From: Candidatus Nomurabacteria bacterium
GTDB taxonomy: Bacteria > Patescibacteriota > Minisyncoccia > Phycocordibacterales > SBAW01
NCBI GenBank assembly: GCA_943349945.1
Contig: CALQZS010000002.1
Location: forward strand, 51,278-115,277
Length of the DNA stretch: 64,000 bases
Reading direction: 5' to 3'
Shown here: positions 28,966-38,327 of the stretch, one piece after another
Position numbering within the stretch: the first letter of the stretch is position 1
Layout of the letters: each line of letters opens with the position of its first letter
The notes under the pieces: generated by a model
Seen by the model: the letters and a program-made list of their open reading frames with translations, nothing else
What the model was told of the DNA's origin: nothing
Database searches by the model: none
Program-made: the position numbers and the translations under genes

Positions 28966-30294
28966 ATGGAAAGAACACTCATAAGCGAGTTGGGGCAAAA
29001 GGTAGGGGAAGTAGCACTCATTAAGGGCTGGGTCAGTGTGCGCCGCGACCAAGGCAAGATGGTGTTTTTTGACTTCCGCGACCGTTCAAGCTCGGTACAA
29101 GGAGTTGTGTTACCAAACTCAGCTGCAATAGAGATCGCAAAAGAGATCCGCCAAGAATATGTCGTTAGCGTTGAGGGCAAAGTGAATCAGCGTCCCGAAA
29201 AGAATCGTAACGATAAAGTACAGAACGGAGATATTGAACTTGAGGTGTTGCAAATAACCGTACTTGCAAAAGCCGAGCCATTACCGTTTGACATGTCGCT
29301 TGAGGGGTACAACCTCGAACTTACCGCTGAACTAGATCATCGCGCACTCACCCTGCGTCACCCACGACTGCAAGCAATATTTAAAATCCAGGCAACCATC
29401 ATCGACAGCTTCCGTGAGTATATGAAATCGCAAGATTTCTTTGAGTTTCAGGCGCCGTCTATTGTACCCGCAGTAGCCGAAGGAGGAGCAGAGGTTTTCC
29501 AGGTAGACTACTTTGATAAAAAAGCGTACTTAAGTCAGTCACCGCAATTATATAAACAAATAGTGATGACAGCCTTCGAGCGTGTTTTTTCAGTCAACAA
29601 AATATTCCGTGCCGAACCTAGCGCCACCACACGCCACCTTACTGAGGTGGTCTCGCTAGATGCCGAGATGGGCTTTATTGACTCATGGCATGACGTACGC
29701 GACATGTCCGAAGCCACAGTACGACACATCCTAAACGAGCTAGGCAAGAAATGCGCTAAAGAGCTGGAACTTATGGGTGCGACCTTGCCTCAAATGATAG
29801 AGAACACCCCCACGCTTTCGTTGACCGAAGCGTTTGCTAAGTTACAAATTCCAGCAGACAAAGATCTTAACCCAGAACAAGAGAGGAAGTTGTGTGAAGT
29901 TATTAAAGAAGAGACCGGCTCAGATTTTGTATACATATACGGCTACCCAACACGCCAGAAACCATTCTATGTATACCCAAACCCGGAAGAACCAGAATTT
30001 AACGAAGGAATGGACTTGTTGTGTCGCGGCGTAGAATGGCTATCGGGTGGTCGCCGCATCAATGATTACGCGCAACTTATGGAGCATGTACAAAAATGGG
30101 AGATGGACCCTCAAAAAATAGAGATGTTCTTGGAAGCGTTCCGTTATGGAGCTCCACCTGAAGGTGGGTTTGCTTTTGGCTCCGAGCGCATGACCATGCA
30201 AATCTTGGGTCTCAAAAACATCCGTGAAGCCACCATGTTCCCCCGAGACATGAACAGAATCGACGGGTTGTTGAGTCAAGATACTGATGAGTAA
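28966..30294 (+). CDS. aspS: aspartyl-tRNA synthetase, archaeal/eukaryal-type class IIb (AsnRS not excluded)
   Basis: About 440 aa with an OB-fold N-terminus, class II motifs 1-3 (FRAE..., GSER) and no bacterial insertion domain. Confidence 0.85.
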   Translation: MERTLISELGQKVGEVALIKGWVSVRRDQGKMVFFDFRDRSSSVQGVVLPNSAAIEIAKEIRQEYVVSVEGKVNQRPEKNRNDKVQNGDIELEVLQITVLAKAEPLPFDMSLEGYNLELTAELDHRALTLRHPRLQAIFKIQATIIDSFREYMKSQDFFEFQAPSIVPAVAEGGAEVFQVDYFDKKAYLSQSPQLYKQIVMTAFERVFSVNKIFRAEPSATTRHLTEVVSLDAEMGFIDSWHDVRDMSEATVRHILNELGKKCAKELELMGATLPQMIENTPTLSLTEAFAKLQIPADKDLNPEQERKLCEVIKEETGSDFVYIYGYPTRQKPFYVYPNPEEPEFNEGMDLLCRGVEWLSGGRRINDYAQLMEHVQKWEMDPQKIEMFLEAFRYGAPPEGGFAFGSERMTMQILGLKNIREATMFPRDMNRIDGLLSQDTDE

Positions 30295-30643
30295 CTCAAT
30301 CTCTCTCACCCTCGCACGACCGTTTTTGGGAAAGATGGTTGAAGTTACGTTTGATCGACCACTAGGGAGTAAACACCCCAAGTGGGACATGGTGTACGAA
30401 GTTAATTACGGCTACATTGCAGGAGTCAAAGCGCCCGACGGGGAAGATTTAGACGCCTACTACTTGGGAGTGTCCGAGCCGCTGCAAAAGGCGACAGGCA
30501 GATGTATTGCAATTGTGCACCGCGAGGATGACGACGACGATAAACTTATTGTTGTACCCGACGGAGTGTCCATGACCGACGAAGAAATTTCTGCTGCAAT
30601 CAACTTCCAAGAAAAATGGTACAAAAGCAACATTGTTCGCTAA
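30287..30643 (+). CDS. truncated family I inorganic pyrophosphatase homolog (118 aa)
   Basis: NYGYI, DGEDLDAYYL and DDDDDKLIVVP segments align with the PPase core (NYGYI, DGDPVDVLV, EAGEDAKLVAVP). About 35 N-terminal residues and the C-terminus are missing. Confidence 0.55.
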   Translation: MSNSISLTLARPFLGKMVEVTFDRPLGSKHPKWDMVYEVNYGYIAGVKAPDGEDLDAYYLGVSEPLQKATGRCIAIVHREDDDDDKLIVVPDGVSMTDEEISAAINFQEKWYKSNIVR

Positions 30644-30686
30644 AGCCACTATTCTTACTGAACAAACCTAGATATACTAAACATAT

Positions 30687-31049
30687 ATGCAACGCTGGAT
30701 GGAACGGTTAGAAATTTTTGCGGACTTGGTTATTTTTATTCATATTATAGCTGTGATAATGCTTACCGGACTTGAAAGTTCTGGTATATGCAAAACCGAT
30801 ACGCTCCTCTTTATCTGTCCATTTGGAAATGCTATAAATATTCCAGTACAAATTTTATATAGCGTTGTACTAGTATTTTTCTTTGGCGGTTTTCTTGTAT
30901 TTCTTCCGTTGCTTATTTTCTCTATCATCCAAAAAATTCGACGACTTATAACAACTCGCTCATTTTGGATGAGTGACCTATGGCAGAAAAGCCAGTGGGT
31001 ACTCGTTGCACTTATTCTTGGAGGTGCTCTTTTGTGGATTGTTGCCTAA
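30687..31049 (+). CDS. hypothetical membrane protein (low-GC island)
   Basis: A 120-aa ORF with 3-4 TM helices in an AT-rich context. Confidence 0.55.
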   Translation: MQRWMERLEIFADLVIFIHIIAVIMLTGLESSGICKTDTLLFICPFGNAINIPVQILYSVVLVFFFGGFLVFLPLLIFSIIQKIRRLITTRSFWMSDLWQKSQWVLVALILGGALLWIVA

Positions 31050-31066
31050 TGGCAACCCATGTACAC

Positions 31067-31102
31067 AAAAAAACAATCCCAAAAAAATGGGATTGTTTTT
31101 TT
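31067..31102. terminator. bidirectional rho-independent terminator
   Basis: aacaatccca aaaaaa tgggattgtt hairpin flanked by A-runs and T-runs. Confidence 0.75.
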
Positions 31103-31139
31103 GAATCTATTTGGTACGGAACGCTACGCAACTTACTGT

Positions 31140-31370
31140 CTAGTCGGCGTATTGCGGATAAGCTCTTTTACATTCACCAAGAGTGTTGTACTCCATGCAA
31201 TCTTCTAAAACTTCTGTCGCCAAGTCCCAGCCGAGCGCTTTTTCTTCATACGTTGCTAATATACTTTCTGCATGACTAACTTTCTTTTGTAACTCAAGTT
31301 GAGTCATAAAAAAATAGCCATTGATACTAATTAGGAAAACTATGAGAAACCATTGCAAACCCTCTTTCAT
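31140..31370 (-). CDS. hypothetical small membrane protein
   Basis: A 76-aa ORF with an N-terminal TM helix in an AT-rich island. Confidence 0.5.
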   Translation of the reverse strand: MKEGLQWFLIVFLISINGYFFMTQLELQKKVSHAESILATYEEKALGWDLATEVLEDCMEYNTLGECKRAYPQYAD

Positions 31371-31474
31371 AAAGATTCAAAGCTATATGTTAATAGTGCT
31401 CAGTATACTACAACGTACACAAAAAATATCGAGTGTTTTTTGGTGATATGGTATAAAGGTAGCATACTGAGATC

Positions 31475-31636
31475 ATGAAAATACTTGCGTACATACTGCT
31501 CTTTGTAGTTTTTGTTTATCTCGCTATTGGACTCTGGTCTGCAATCCAATGGTCACGGGCCTATGATGCCGAGCGCACTTCTGCCCCAAACAATGCGGTC
31601 TCGTTTTTTATAAACGCACTCACTTGGCCTTGGTAG
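31475..31636 (+). CDS. possible small membrane protein (53 aa)
   Basis: Translates to MKILAYILLFVVFVYLAIGLWSAIQWSRAYDAERTSAPNNAVSFFINALTWPW. CATACT lies 6 nt before the ATG. It is not in the ORF track. Confidence 0.4.
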   Translation: MKILAYILLFVVFVYLAIGLWSAIQWSRAYDAERTSAPNNAVSFFINALTWPW

Positions 31637-31641
31637 AGAAA

Positions 31642-31671
31642 TAAAAAAACCGCCGAGGAGTACTCGGCGGT
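31642..31671 (-). terminator. rho-independent terminator oriented for a minus-strand transcript
   Basis: accgccgag gagta ctcggcggt hairpin. On the minus strand it is followed by TTTTTTTAT. Confidence 0.65.
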
Positions 31672-32350
31672 TAGGGGTGGCGAGGGTAGTAGGATTTCCA
31701 CCTACAACTCCGGGTCCCGAACCTGGCGTTTTGTTTTAAACTACACCCCCAAAAGAAGCTTGCTTTACCTGAAGATCGCTTCGATCATGGTTTGGAGTTT
31801 TTCGGCTAGACTCTTAAGTTTTCTTTTTAAACTTACGGGGACTACCCGCATCACCGAGTGGCTGGATACAGTCGCTGAAGCATCGTTCGCAAAGACGCTG
31901 TGCGTCTGTTTTATGATATATTCTCGTGATAAACGGGTTACTACCCCCAGAGAACAACCCATTGATGGTGTTCAGATCGGTCAGTGCTGCAATAGCTGCA
32001 GATGCCGAACGGTACAGGGATGGTGTTTTCGCAGTACTTCTCGACACCTGCAAAGGCAGTGGATTCGGTACCCCAAAGACATGCGCGAGCGGAGTCGGCT
32101 CACCTTTGGTGCAAAATCCGTCGAGACACAGAATGATCCTGCCGGATTCATCCCTCACACACAGCCGCAATCCTCTAGACTCAGTCCCGCGTGGTTCTGT
32201 CCAACAGGGCAGTATCTGCAACACCCATCGCTTTACCGTAGACCCCGCAGCAACGTGGAAATGGGTGGTTACTCCTTCACGAGGAGAGACGCGCGGCATG
32301 TTCATAACGAACCCCTTTCTTGTTCAACTAAAATCACAATACATACTAAA
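31672..32350 (-). other. GC-rich apparently non-coding island, candidate structured RNA of about 0.7 kb (identity unresolved)
   Basis: Long ORFs appear in five of six frames but with non-protein-like composition. GC3 is not elevated and rare codons are present. A minus-strand promoter-like TTGACT...TATGTA lies near 32350-32380 and a minus-strand terminator at 31642-31671. Confidence 0.4.
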
Positions 32351-32402
32351 TATATTTTAGTCAACTCTAAAAACTTGAGCTGAATAAAGCTATACTGCGC
32401 AC

Positions 32403-33827
32403 ATGAAACTAAATTTTTCCTACAAACAGCTAGAAGATGTGCCCAAGGGCTACACCCACATTACCCTCACAGAAGATCCTATTGGCACAAAAAAGTGCAT
32501 CAAAAATGGCTCGGAGACTATGCTCGAGGTAGGGGCGGGGAAGGCGGGCGAGATGACACATCGCAAGTTTGTTTTGCTATGCCGCAGCATTGTCCGCACA
32601 GCACGGGACAGTAAGGCCAAAAAAATTGCAGTGCAGTTTGACCGCACGCCCGAGCTTTTTACAAAACTACAAGACCGCACTCCTGAAGAAATTTCCTCTA
32701 CTGCTGCACAAAGCTTCGAGATGGCAAACTATGAATTTGTTACCTTCAAAACCAAACCAAAAGACGGCTGGCCCGATATAGAGGAAGTGGCACTGTGTGG
32801 CAAAAGCAGCGCCACTATTGAAGCAGCTGCAAAACGTGGCCAAATAATAGGCCAGAACATAAACACCTGCCGCGAACTGTGCAACACACCAGGGGGTGAT
32901 ATGACCCCAAAAACCCTCGCTCAGGCCGCTAAAAAGGCCATTTTGGGCACTACAGCGACGGTTAAGGTGCTGGGCGAGAAGGAGATGAAGAAGCTCGGCA
33001 TGGGGGCTATTTTGGGCATGGCACGCGGCTCGGCCGAGGAGTCGCAGTTTATTATTATGGAATACAAGGGCGGTCCGACCTCTCAAAAACCACTCGTACT
33101 GATTGGGAAGGGGGTGACCTTTGACACTGGCGGGCTCAACATCAAACCCGGCGACCACATGTACGAGATGCACATGGACATGTCTGGCGGTGCCGCGGTG
33201 ATACATGCCGTTGCCTTGGCGGCAAAACTCAAAATCAAAGCAAACGTTGTAGCATTGATACCTGCAATAGAGAATGCTCCTGCAAGCGGGGCAGTACGGC
33301 CAGGCGACATTTTAAAATCACTCTCGGGCAAAACTATAGAGGTCGTAAACACCGACGCCGAAGGCCGCGTTATTTTGGCCGACGCCATTACGTACGCAAA
33401 GCGGTACAACCCTAGTGCTGTAGTAGACGTGGCCACGCTCACAGGCGCATCGCTCGTTGCCTTGGGCACGCATGCAAGCGGGTTTATGACCAACGAGCAA
33501 AAATTGACCATCGACGACCACATGCGCTTGGCCGAAGAAAGCGGGGACTATATGTGGCCTCTGCCTATGTGGGACGAATACGAAGAGATGGTAAAAGGCG
33601 GGTTTGGCGACATCCCCAACATCCCTACAACAGGTAACTCGCGCTATGGCGGGGTTATAGCGGGCGGGATGTTTTTGTGGCAATTTGCCAAAGAGCTTGG
33701 GTGCCACTTTACCCACATAGACATGGCGCCACGTATGACCTCGACCCCGGGCGAGCACTTGGCAAAAGGTGCTGCTGGGGCACCGGTGCGTTTTCTTCTG
33801 AAATTAATAGAAAAGGGGGTAAAATAG
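32403..33827 (+). CDS. pepA: leucyl aminopeptidase (M17 family)
   Basis: NTDAEGRV and GKGVTFDTGG motifs. TATACT at 32391-32396 lies 6 nt before the ATG. Confidence 0.92.
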   Translation: MKLNFSYKQLEDVPKGYTHITLTEDPIGTKKCIKNGSETMLEVGAGKAGEMTHRKFVLLCRSIVRTARDSKAKKIAVQFDRTPELFTKLQDRTPEEISSTAAQSFEMANYEFVTFKTKPKDGWPDIEEVALCGKSSATIEAAAKRGQIIGQNINTCRELCNTPGGDMTPKTLAQAAKKAILGTTATVKVLGEKEMKKLGMGAILGMARGSAEESQFIIMEYKGGPTSQKPLVLIGKGVTFDTGGLNIKPGDHMYEMHMDMSGGAAVIHAVALAAKLKIKANVVALIPAIENAPASGAVRPGDILKSLSGKTIEVVNTDAEGRVILADAITYAKRYNPSAVVDVATLTGASLVALGTHASGFMTNEQKLTIDDHMRLAEESGDYMWPLPMWDEYEEMVKGGFGDIPNIPTTGNSRYGGVIAGGMFLWQFAKELGCHFTHIDMAPRMTSTPGEHLAKGAAGAPVRFLLKLIEKGVK

Positions 33828-33862
33828 AAGAGAGCTAGCGTGCAATCAAGCCTTCAGGAGAC

Positions 33863-33890
33863 GAAAATTTCCTGGCTGGAAATTTTCTCT
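33863..33890 (+). terminator. hairpin after pepA
   Basis: gaaaatttcc tggct ggaaattttc perfect inverted repeat with an AT-rich stem. Confidence 0.45.
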
Positions 33891-33952
33891 GTCCTCGCGC
33901 CGTCGCGCTGTGGATGCTCCTGAAGACTTATTGCACTGTCGCTCTAACCCTT

Positions 33953-34684
33953 ATGCCCCTTACTGTAAAAACATCTGTATACGAAGGTCCGCTGGACCTT
34001 TTGCTCGATTTGATAGAAAAGCGCAAGCTTTTGATAAACGACATTTCGCTTGCCCAAGTCACCGACGAGTATATTGCCCGCATCAACGCGATGCACGAGA
34101 TGCCGGTCGAGGAGACTGCCGAGTTTATCTCACTTGCAGCGACGCTGTTGCTCATAAAGTCGCGTTCGCTGCTGCCCACACTCGACTTGTCGCCCGAAGA
34201 ATCTCGCGATATCAAAGAGCTCGAGTACCGCTTGGCGGTGTATCAACTCATCAAAGACACCGCGCGCACTTTGGGTGCCACCCCAGCGCCCATGTTGCTC
34301 GAGGGGAGCGCCCCCGACCCAGAACCTCTTTTTATATTCGACCCTAGCATTACCTTTGACTCGCTGCGCGCCGCGGCGCAAACGTTAATTGACGGATTCC
34401 CCAAATCGCTCGCCCTGCCCAAGGTCGAGGTCAAAAAAATAGTCTCCATAGAAGAAATGGTCGAAAAGCTGTCCACGCGCATCTCGTCGGCCTTTCGTCT
34501 TTCGTTTAAAGAGTTTAGCGGCTTGGGACAAAAAGCCGACGCACAAGCACGTTACGACATTATTGTGAGTTTTCTAGCCCTGCTGGAGTTGGTGAAGCAG
34601 GGTATAATACGAGCAAACCAGGGAGAGCATTTCAGCGACATCATGCTGGAGTCTGACTCTGTGTCCACACCTACCTATGAATGA
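33953..34684 (+). CDS. scpA: segregation and condensation protein A
   Basis: N-terminal motif YEGPLDLLLDLIEKRKL. Start was moved to ATG 33953. Confidence 0.85.
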   Translation: MPLTVKTSVYEGPLDLLLDLIEKRKLLINDISLAQVTDEYIARINAMHEMPVEETAEFISLAATLLLIKSRSLLPTLDLSPEESRDIKELEYRLAVYQLIKDTARTLGATPAPMLLEGSAPDPEPLFIFDPSITFDSLRAAAQTLIDGFPKSLALPKVEVKKIVSIEEMVEKLSTRISSAFRLSFKEFSGLGQKADAQARYDIIVSFLALLELVKQGIIRANQGEHFSDIMLESDSVSTPTYE

Positions 34685-35234
34685 ACGCGCCACACAAATA
34701 GAAGCTTTGCTGTTTGCACTGGGCAAGCCGCTTAGCCGTAGCGACCTGGCAGAGATGCTTGCCTGTAGCGCAGGAGAAGTTGAAGAGGCACTAGAGACAC
34801 TGCGACAGGGTAGCCGCGGCGTGGTACTTGTCGACGACGGCACTGTGCTCGAGCTACGCGTAGCACCCAGCGTCACCGAAGTGGTCGAGCAGGTGCGCAA
34901 ACAAGACTACTCGCAAGACATAGGGCGTGCAGGGCTCGAAGTATTGGCCGCAGTACTATACCGCGGCCCCTTAAGCCGCAGCGAGATAGACTTTATCCGC
35001 GGGGTCAATTCGTCGCAGACGGTGCGCACGCTCTTGATGCGCGGCTTGATCCAAAAAACTGCCAATCCAAAAAGCACTGGCCGTGGCGGCTTTGTATACG
35101 AGCCCACCACCGAGGCCCTGGCAACCTTGGGAGTTACACACTTAAGCGACCTGCCCGACTACCAGGGAGTACAAAATAAACTCAAAGAGCTGGAAGCCGC
35201 GTATCACAACACCGCACCCGAACAAATTTCATGA
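34677..35234 (+). CDS. scpB: segregation and condensation protein B
   Basis: ScpB winged-helix repeats (IEALLFALGKPLSRSDL...). Overlaps scpA by 8 nt. Confidence 0.85.
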   Translation: MNERATQIEALLFALGKPLSRSDLAEMLACSAGEVEEALETLRQGSRGVVLVDDGTVLELRVAPSVTEVVEQVRKQDYSQDIGRAGLEVLAAVLYRGPLSRSEIDFIRGVNSSQTVRTLLMRGLIQKTANPKSTGRGGFVYEPTTEALATLGVTHLSDLPDYQGVQNKLKELEAAYHNTAPEQIS

Positions 35235-36130
35235 CTCTACACCGCGCACTACAATCTGCATCCGCATTAATACTTGCCATATTGCTTGTGGTGCTTGCCT
35301 TTGGTAGCGGCGTTCTCGCGGTATCTTTTTTGCATGCGCGCGCCACACAAACACAACTAGCAGTCGTGTTTCCTCGGCCCATAACCCTGCCAGACAGCGC
35401 GCTTATTGCCAAAGCAGCAATACTCTATGACCCTACGGACGGTCGTATTTTGTATGCCAAGAACGCACAAGTGCCTTTGCCGCTTGCATCGTTGACGAAG
35501 CTTATGACCGCAGAAGTTGCGCTCAATCATTTGTCCCCAGACACTCCAGTGCGCATCACCCCAGCAGACCTAGAGCCAAGCGGGGACTGGGGGCTGCGCC
35601 CGGGTGATGTGCTGCCCTTGTCCGACCTGCTGCGCATGGGGCTTATAGCGTCGTCCAACGATGCTATGGCCGCTGCAGCAGCGCAGCTGGGGAGCCACTA
35701 CCTCGACACTATGAACAAAACTGCTGCCGACATGGGACTCACCAAAACGTATTTCCTGAACCCAACAGGACTCGACATTAACAGCAGCGCCGCTGGTGCA
35801 TACGGGTCGGCATACGACATTGCGCGTTTGGCTTCTGTATTTTTTAAACAGTATCCGCAATACCTTAGCATCACCACCAACCAGGAAGTATCTGTGGTGA
35901 GCGGCGGCCGCACGCTTTCTGCAGCTGCCACCGCAGCACCTCTGCGCAGCTTGCCTGGGTTTATCGGTGCCAAAACCGGCTATACTGACCTAGCGGGCGG
36001 CAACCTGGTTGTTTTGTTCGACATAGAGATAGGCCACCCGCTGGTCGCAGTAGTCTTGGGCTCTACAGAACAAGAGCGGTTTGCTGATATCCGCACCTTG
36101 GTGCACGCTATTCGTACTAATCAAAACTAA
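35231..36130 (+). CDS. dacA: D-alanyl-D-alanine carboxypeptidase (serine-type PBP, DacA-like)
   Basis: SLTK (SxxK), SSN (SxN) and KTGYT (KTG) motifs, plus an N-terminal signal/TM segment. Confidence 0.85.
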   Translation: MTLHRALQSASALILAILLVVLAFGSGVLAVSFLHARATQTQLAVVFPRPITLPDSALIAKAAILYDPTDGRILYAKNAQVPLPLASLTKLMTAEVALNHLSPDTPVRITPADLEPSGDWGLRPGDVLPLSDLLRMGLIASSNDAMAAAAAQLGSHYLDTMNKTAADMGLTKTYFLNPTGLDINSSAAGAYGSAYDIARLASVFFKQYPQYLSITTNQEVSVVSGGRTLSAAATAAPLRSLPGFIGAKTGYTDLAGGNLVVLFDIEIGHPLVAVVLGSTEQERFADIRTLVHAIRTNQN

Positions 36131-36135
36131 CTTAC

Positions 36136-37191
36136 ATGAACACGCTTGACGCTATGCTTTTGTTTATCCCTGCAACAGCCGCATTTCTTATCGGCATAGC
36201 GGTTACGCCGTTTTTGAATCACTTTTTATACAAATATCGGATGTGGAAGCCCAAAGCCGGCAAGGTTGCACTCGACGGTACACCAGCCGAAACATTTAAC
36301 CGCCTGCACGAAACGCGCGACATCGGCACCCCACGGTTGGGCGGCATTGTGGTGTGGGGGAGTGTGCTTTTGACCGCAGGGCTTTTGTCGGCGTTGTCGG
36401 CATTGTTCCCCGACGCCATGAGCAACGTTGCGTTTATCAGCCGTAACCAAACCTGGGTGCCACTGGCAGCGTTGGTGCTTGGTGCTTTGGTTGGTTTGGT
36501 GGACGACTTGCTCGAGGTGCAAGGTAAAGCAGGATTGTCGCTCAAAATACGCCTAGCTATTGTCGGCGCAATAGCCTTTCTTTCTGCAAGCTGGTTTTAC
36601 TACAAGCTGGACGTGTCTTCTGTGTCCTTCCCATTTATGGCGACGCCTATTGAGTTGGGGCTTGTGTTTATTCCATTCTTTATGTTAGTAGCGCTGTTTG
36701 TATATGCAGGTGGAGTTATCGACGGCATAGATGGTTTAGCTGGGGGTATTTTTTCTACTATTTTTGCCGCATACGCAGGGATAGCCTTCTTTCAAAACCA
36801 AATGGATATAGCCGCACTTGCGGCTGCCATATCGGGCGGTCTGCTCGCGTTTTTGTGGTTTAACATTCCGCCTGCGCGGTTTTATCTCTCCGAAACGGGC
36901 ACCATGGGTCTTACCTTGGCGTTGGTGGTTATTGCATTTTTGACCGACACCTTAGGCGACGGTAAGGGAGTTGCGGTGTTGCCGGTGATAGCGCTTCTGC
37001 TAGTAGCTACAGTCACCTCAAACGTTATACAAATTTTTGGTAAAAAAATATTTGGCAAGAAAGTCTTCCGCATCGCACCACTACACCACCACTTCGAGGC
37101 ACTCGGCTGGCCTCCATACAAAGTTACGATGCGCTACTGGATAGTGGGCGTCCTTGCAGCAATTATCGGCATGACACTAGCACTGTTGTGA
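36136..37191 (+). CDS. mraY: phospho-N-acetylmuramoyl-pentapeptide transferase
   Basis: Ten-TM profile with VDGIDGLAGG and PLHHHFE motifs. Confidence 0.92.
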   Translation: MNTLDAMLLFIPATAAFLIGIAVTPFLNHFLYKYRMWKPKAGKVALDGTPAETFNRLHETRDIGTPRLGGIVVWGSVLLTAGLLSALSALFPDAMSNVAFISRNQTWVPLAALVLGALVGLVDDLLEVQGKAGLSLKIRLAIVGAIAFLSASWFYYKLDVSSVSFPFMATPIELGLVFIPFFMLVALFVYAGGVIDGIDGLAGGIFSTIFAAYAGIAFFQNQMDIAALAAAISGGLLAFLWFNIPPARFYLSETGTMGLTLALVVIAFLTDTLGDGKGVAVLPVIALLLVATVTSNVIQIFGKKIFGKKVFRIAPLHHHFEALGWPPYKVTMRYWIVGVLAAIIGMTLALL

Positions 37192-38294
37192 AAAAAAGCA
37201 TCGACACGCCATTTTTGCTTGTCGTATGCGCCATAGTGGTGTTTGGGTTGCTTATATTTACCTCTGCGGCGCTGGGGCTCCTTGCGCGCGGCACTGGCGC
37301 CACGTTTACCTCGGTGGCGGTAAGTCAGCTGCTTTTGGGGTTGGTATGCGGCGGGATAGGGCTGGTGTTTTTTTCTCGCATAGACTACCGCATACTCAAA
37401 ATCTATACGCCATACTTTTTTGCTTTCGCTATTTTTTTAACCTTGCTTACCTTCGTGCCGCACGTGGGACTCTCCTTTAAGGGCGCGTCGAGGTGGGTGG
37501 CGATAGGCGGATTTACCTTCCAACCAGAAGAAATACTCAAGTTTGCAACCGTGCTCTTTTTGGCCGCAGTGTATGCAGCAAAAGGTAAAAAAGTGTCGAC
37601 CCTAAAAGGAGGTATCGTGCCACTTGGGGCAATAGTGGGTAGCGTTGCGGTTATTTTGCTGCTGCAGCCAAACACCGACGGCGTCGTGGTTATCGGCTTG
37701 GCAACTATTGCTATGCTCTTTGCGGCAGGAGGACGATTCATGCACATTGCGCTCTTGGGGTTGGTTGGTGTGGTGGCCATAGCAGGCGCCGCGCTTTATT
37801 ACCCGCACGTCGCACAACGCATCGCCACCTTTGCAAACCAAGCGGAAGACCCGCAAGGCGCTGGGTACCAGATACAGCAAGCGTTGATCGCCGTTGGCTC
37901 GGGGCAGGCAACAGGCAAAGGCTTTGGCCAGAGCATACAAAAATTCTCCTACCTACCCGAACCTATAGGCGACTCCATATTCGCAGTAGCAGGCGAGGAA
38001 TTTGGGTTTGTAGGTAGCACATTACTCGTGGTGCTCTTTGGTATGTTTGCAGTGCTTGGATTCCGCATCGCAGCACGCGCGCCGGACATGTTTGGCGCAC
38101 TACTTGTGGTTGGGTTGGTGGTGCTTATTGTAGGGCAGTCATTTATTAACATCGCCTCCACTATTGGGTTGGTGCCGCTTGCCGGCATGCCGCTTATTTT
38201 TGTATCCCACGGCGGCACCGCACTTGCCCTAGCCTTAGCAGAAGTGGGGATAATTTTGAGCGTGTCGCGGTACGCCAAAAGCAAAGCAGCGTAG
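37188..38294 (+). CDS. ftsW: SEDS family cell division/elongation protein FtsW/RodA
   Basis: Polytopic membrane protein with SEDS motifs (GGFTFQPEE, SHGGTALAL). Confidence 0.88.
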   Translation: MKKSIDTPFLLVVCAIVVFGLLIFTSAALGLLARGTGATFTSVAVSQLLLGLVCGGIGLVFFSRIDYRILKIYTPYFFAFAIFLTLLTFVPHVGLSFKGASRWVAIGGFTFQPEEILKFATVLFLAAVYAAKGKKVSTLKGGIVPLGAIVGSVAVILLLQPNTDGVVVIGLATIAMLFAAGGRFMHIALLGLVGVVAIAGAALYYPHVAQRIATFANQAEDPQGAGYQIQQALIAVGSGQATGKGFGQSIQKFSYLPEPIGDSIFAVAGEEFGFVGSTLLVVLFGMFAVLGFRIAARAPDMFGALLVVGLVVLIVGQSFINIASTIGLVPLAGMPLIFVSHGGTALALALAEVGIILSVSRYAKSKAA

Positions 38295-38327
38295 CAGCAA
38301 GGGCGCTTTTTTGATACAGTACAGCAT

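Noticed and set aside
31672-31760. tRNA-like fold (GGGGGUG...CCACCCC with two internal hairpins) as a tRNA gene
   Set aside because: It has only two internal arms and a T-loop-like sequence of UGGAAAU instead of UUCRANY. There is no D-arm with GG and no anticodon arm of correct geometry. It is probably the 3' structure of the candidate ncRNA.
31760-32383. 207-aa plus-strand, 163-aa minus-strand and 144-aa plus-strand ORFs as protein-coding genes
   Set aside because: Mutually overlapping ORFs in a GC-rich block. The translations are R/C/W-rich with no family resemblance. GC3 is not elevated over bulk GC and rare codons are used. The block is treated as a candidate ncRNA or decayed DNA instead.
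31672-32400. Specific assignment as RNase P RNA, tmRNA, SRP RNA or group I/II intron
   Set aside because: I could not find the universally conserved motifs by eye. These are GGAAAGUCCGG and ACAGAAnCCGGCUUA for RNase P, a tag ORF ending AA-stop plus GGAUUCGAC for tmRNA, GGAAGCAGCC for SRP, and a domain V for group II. This needs a covariance-model search.
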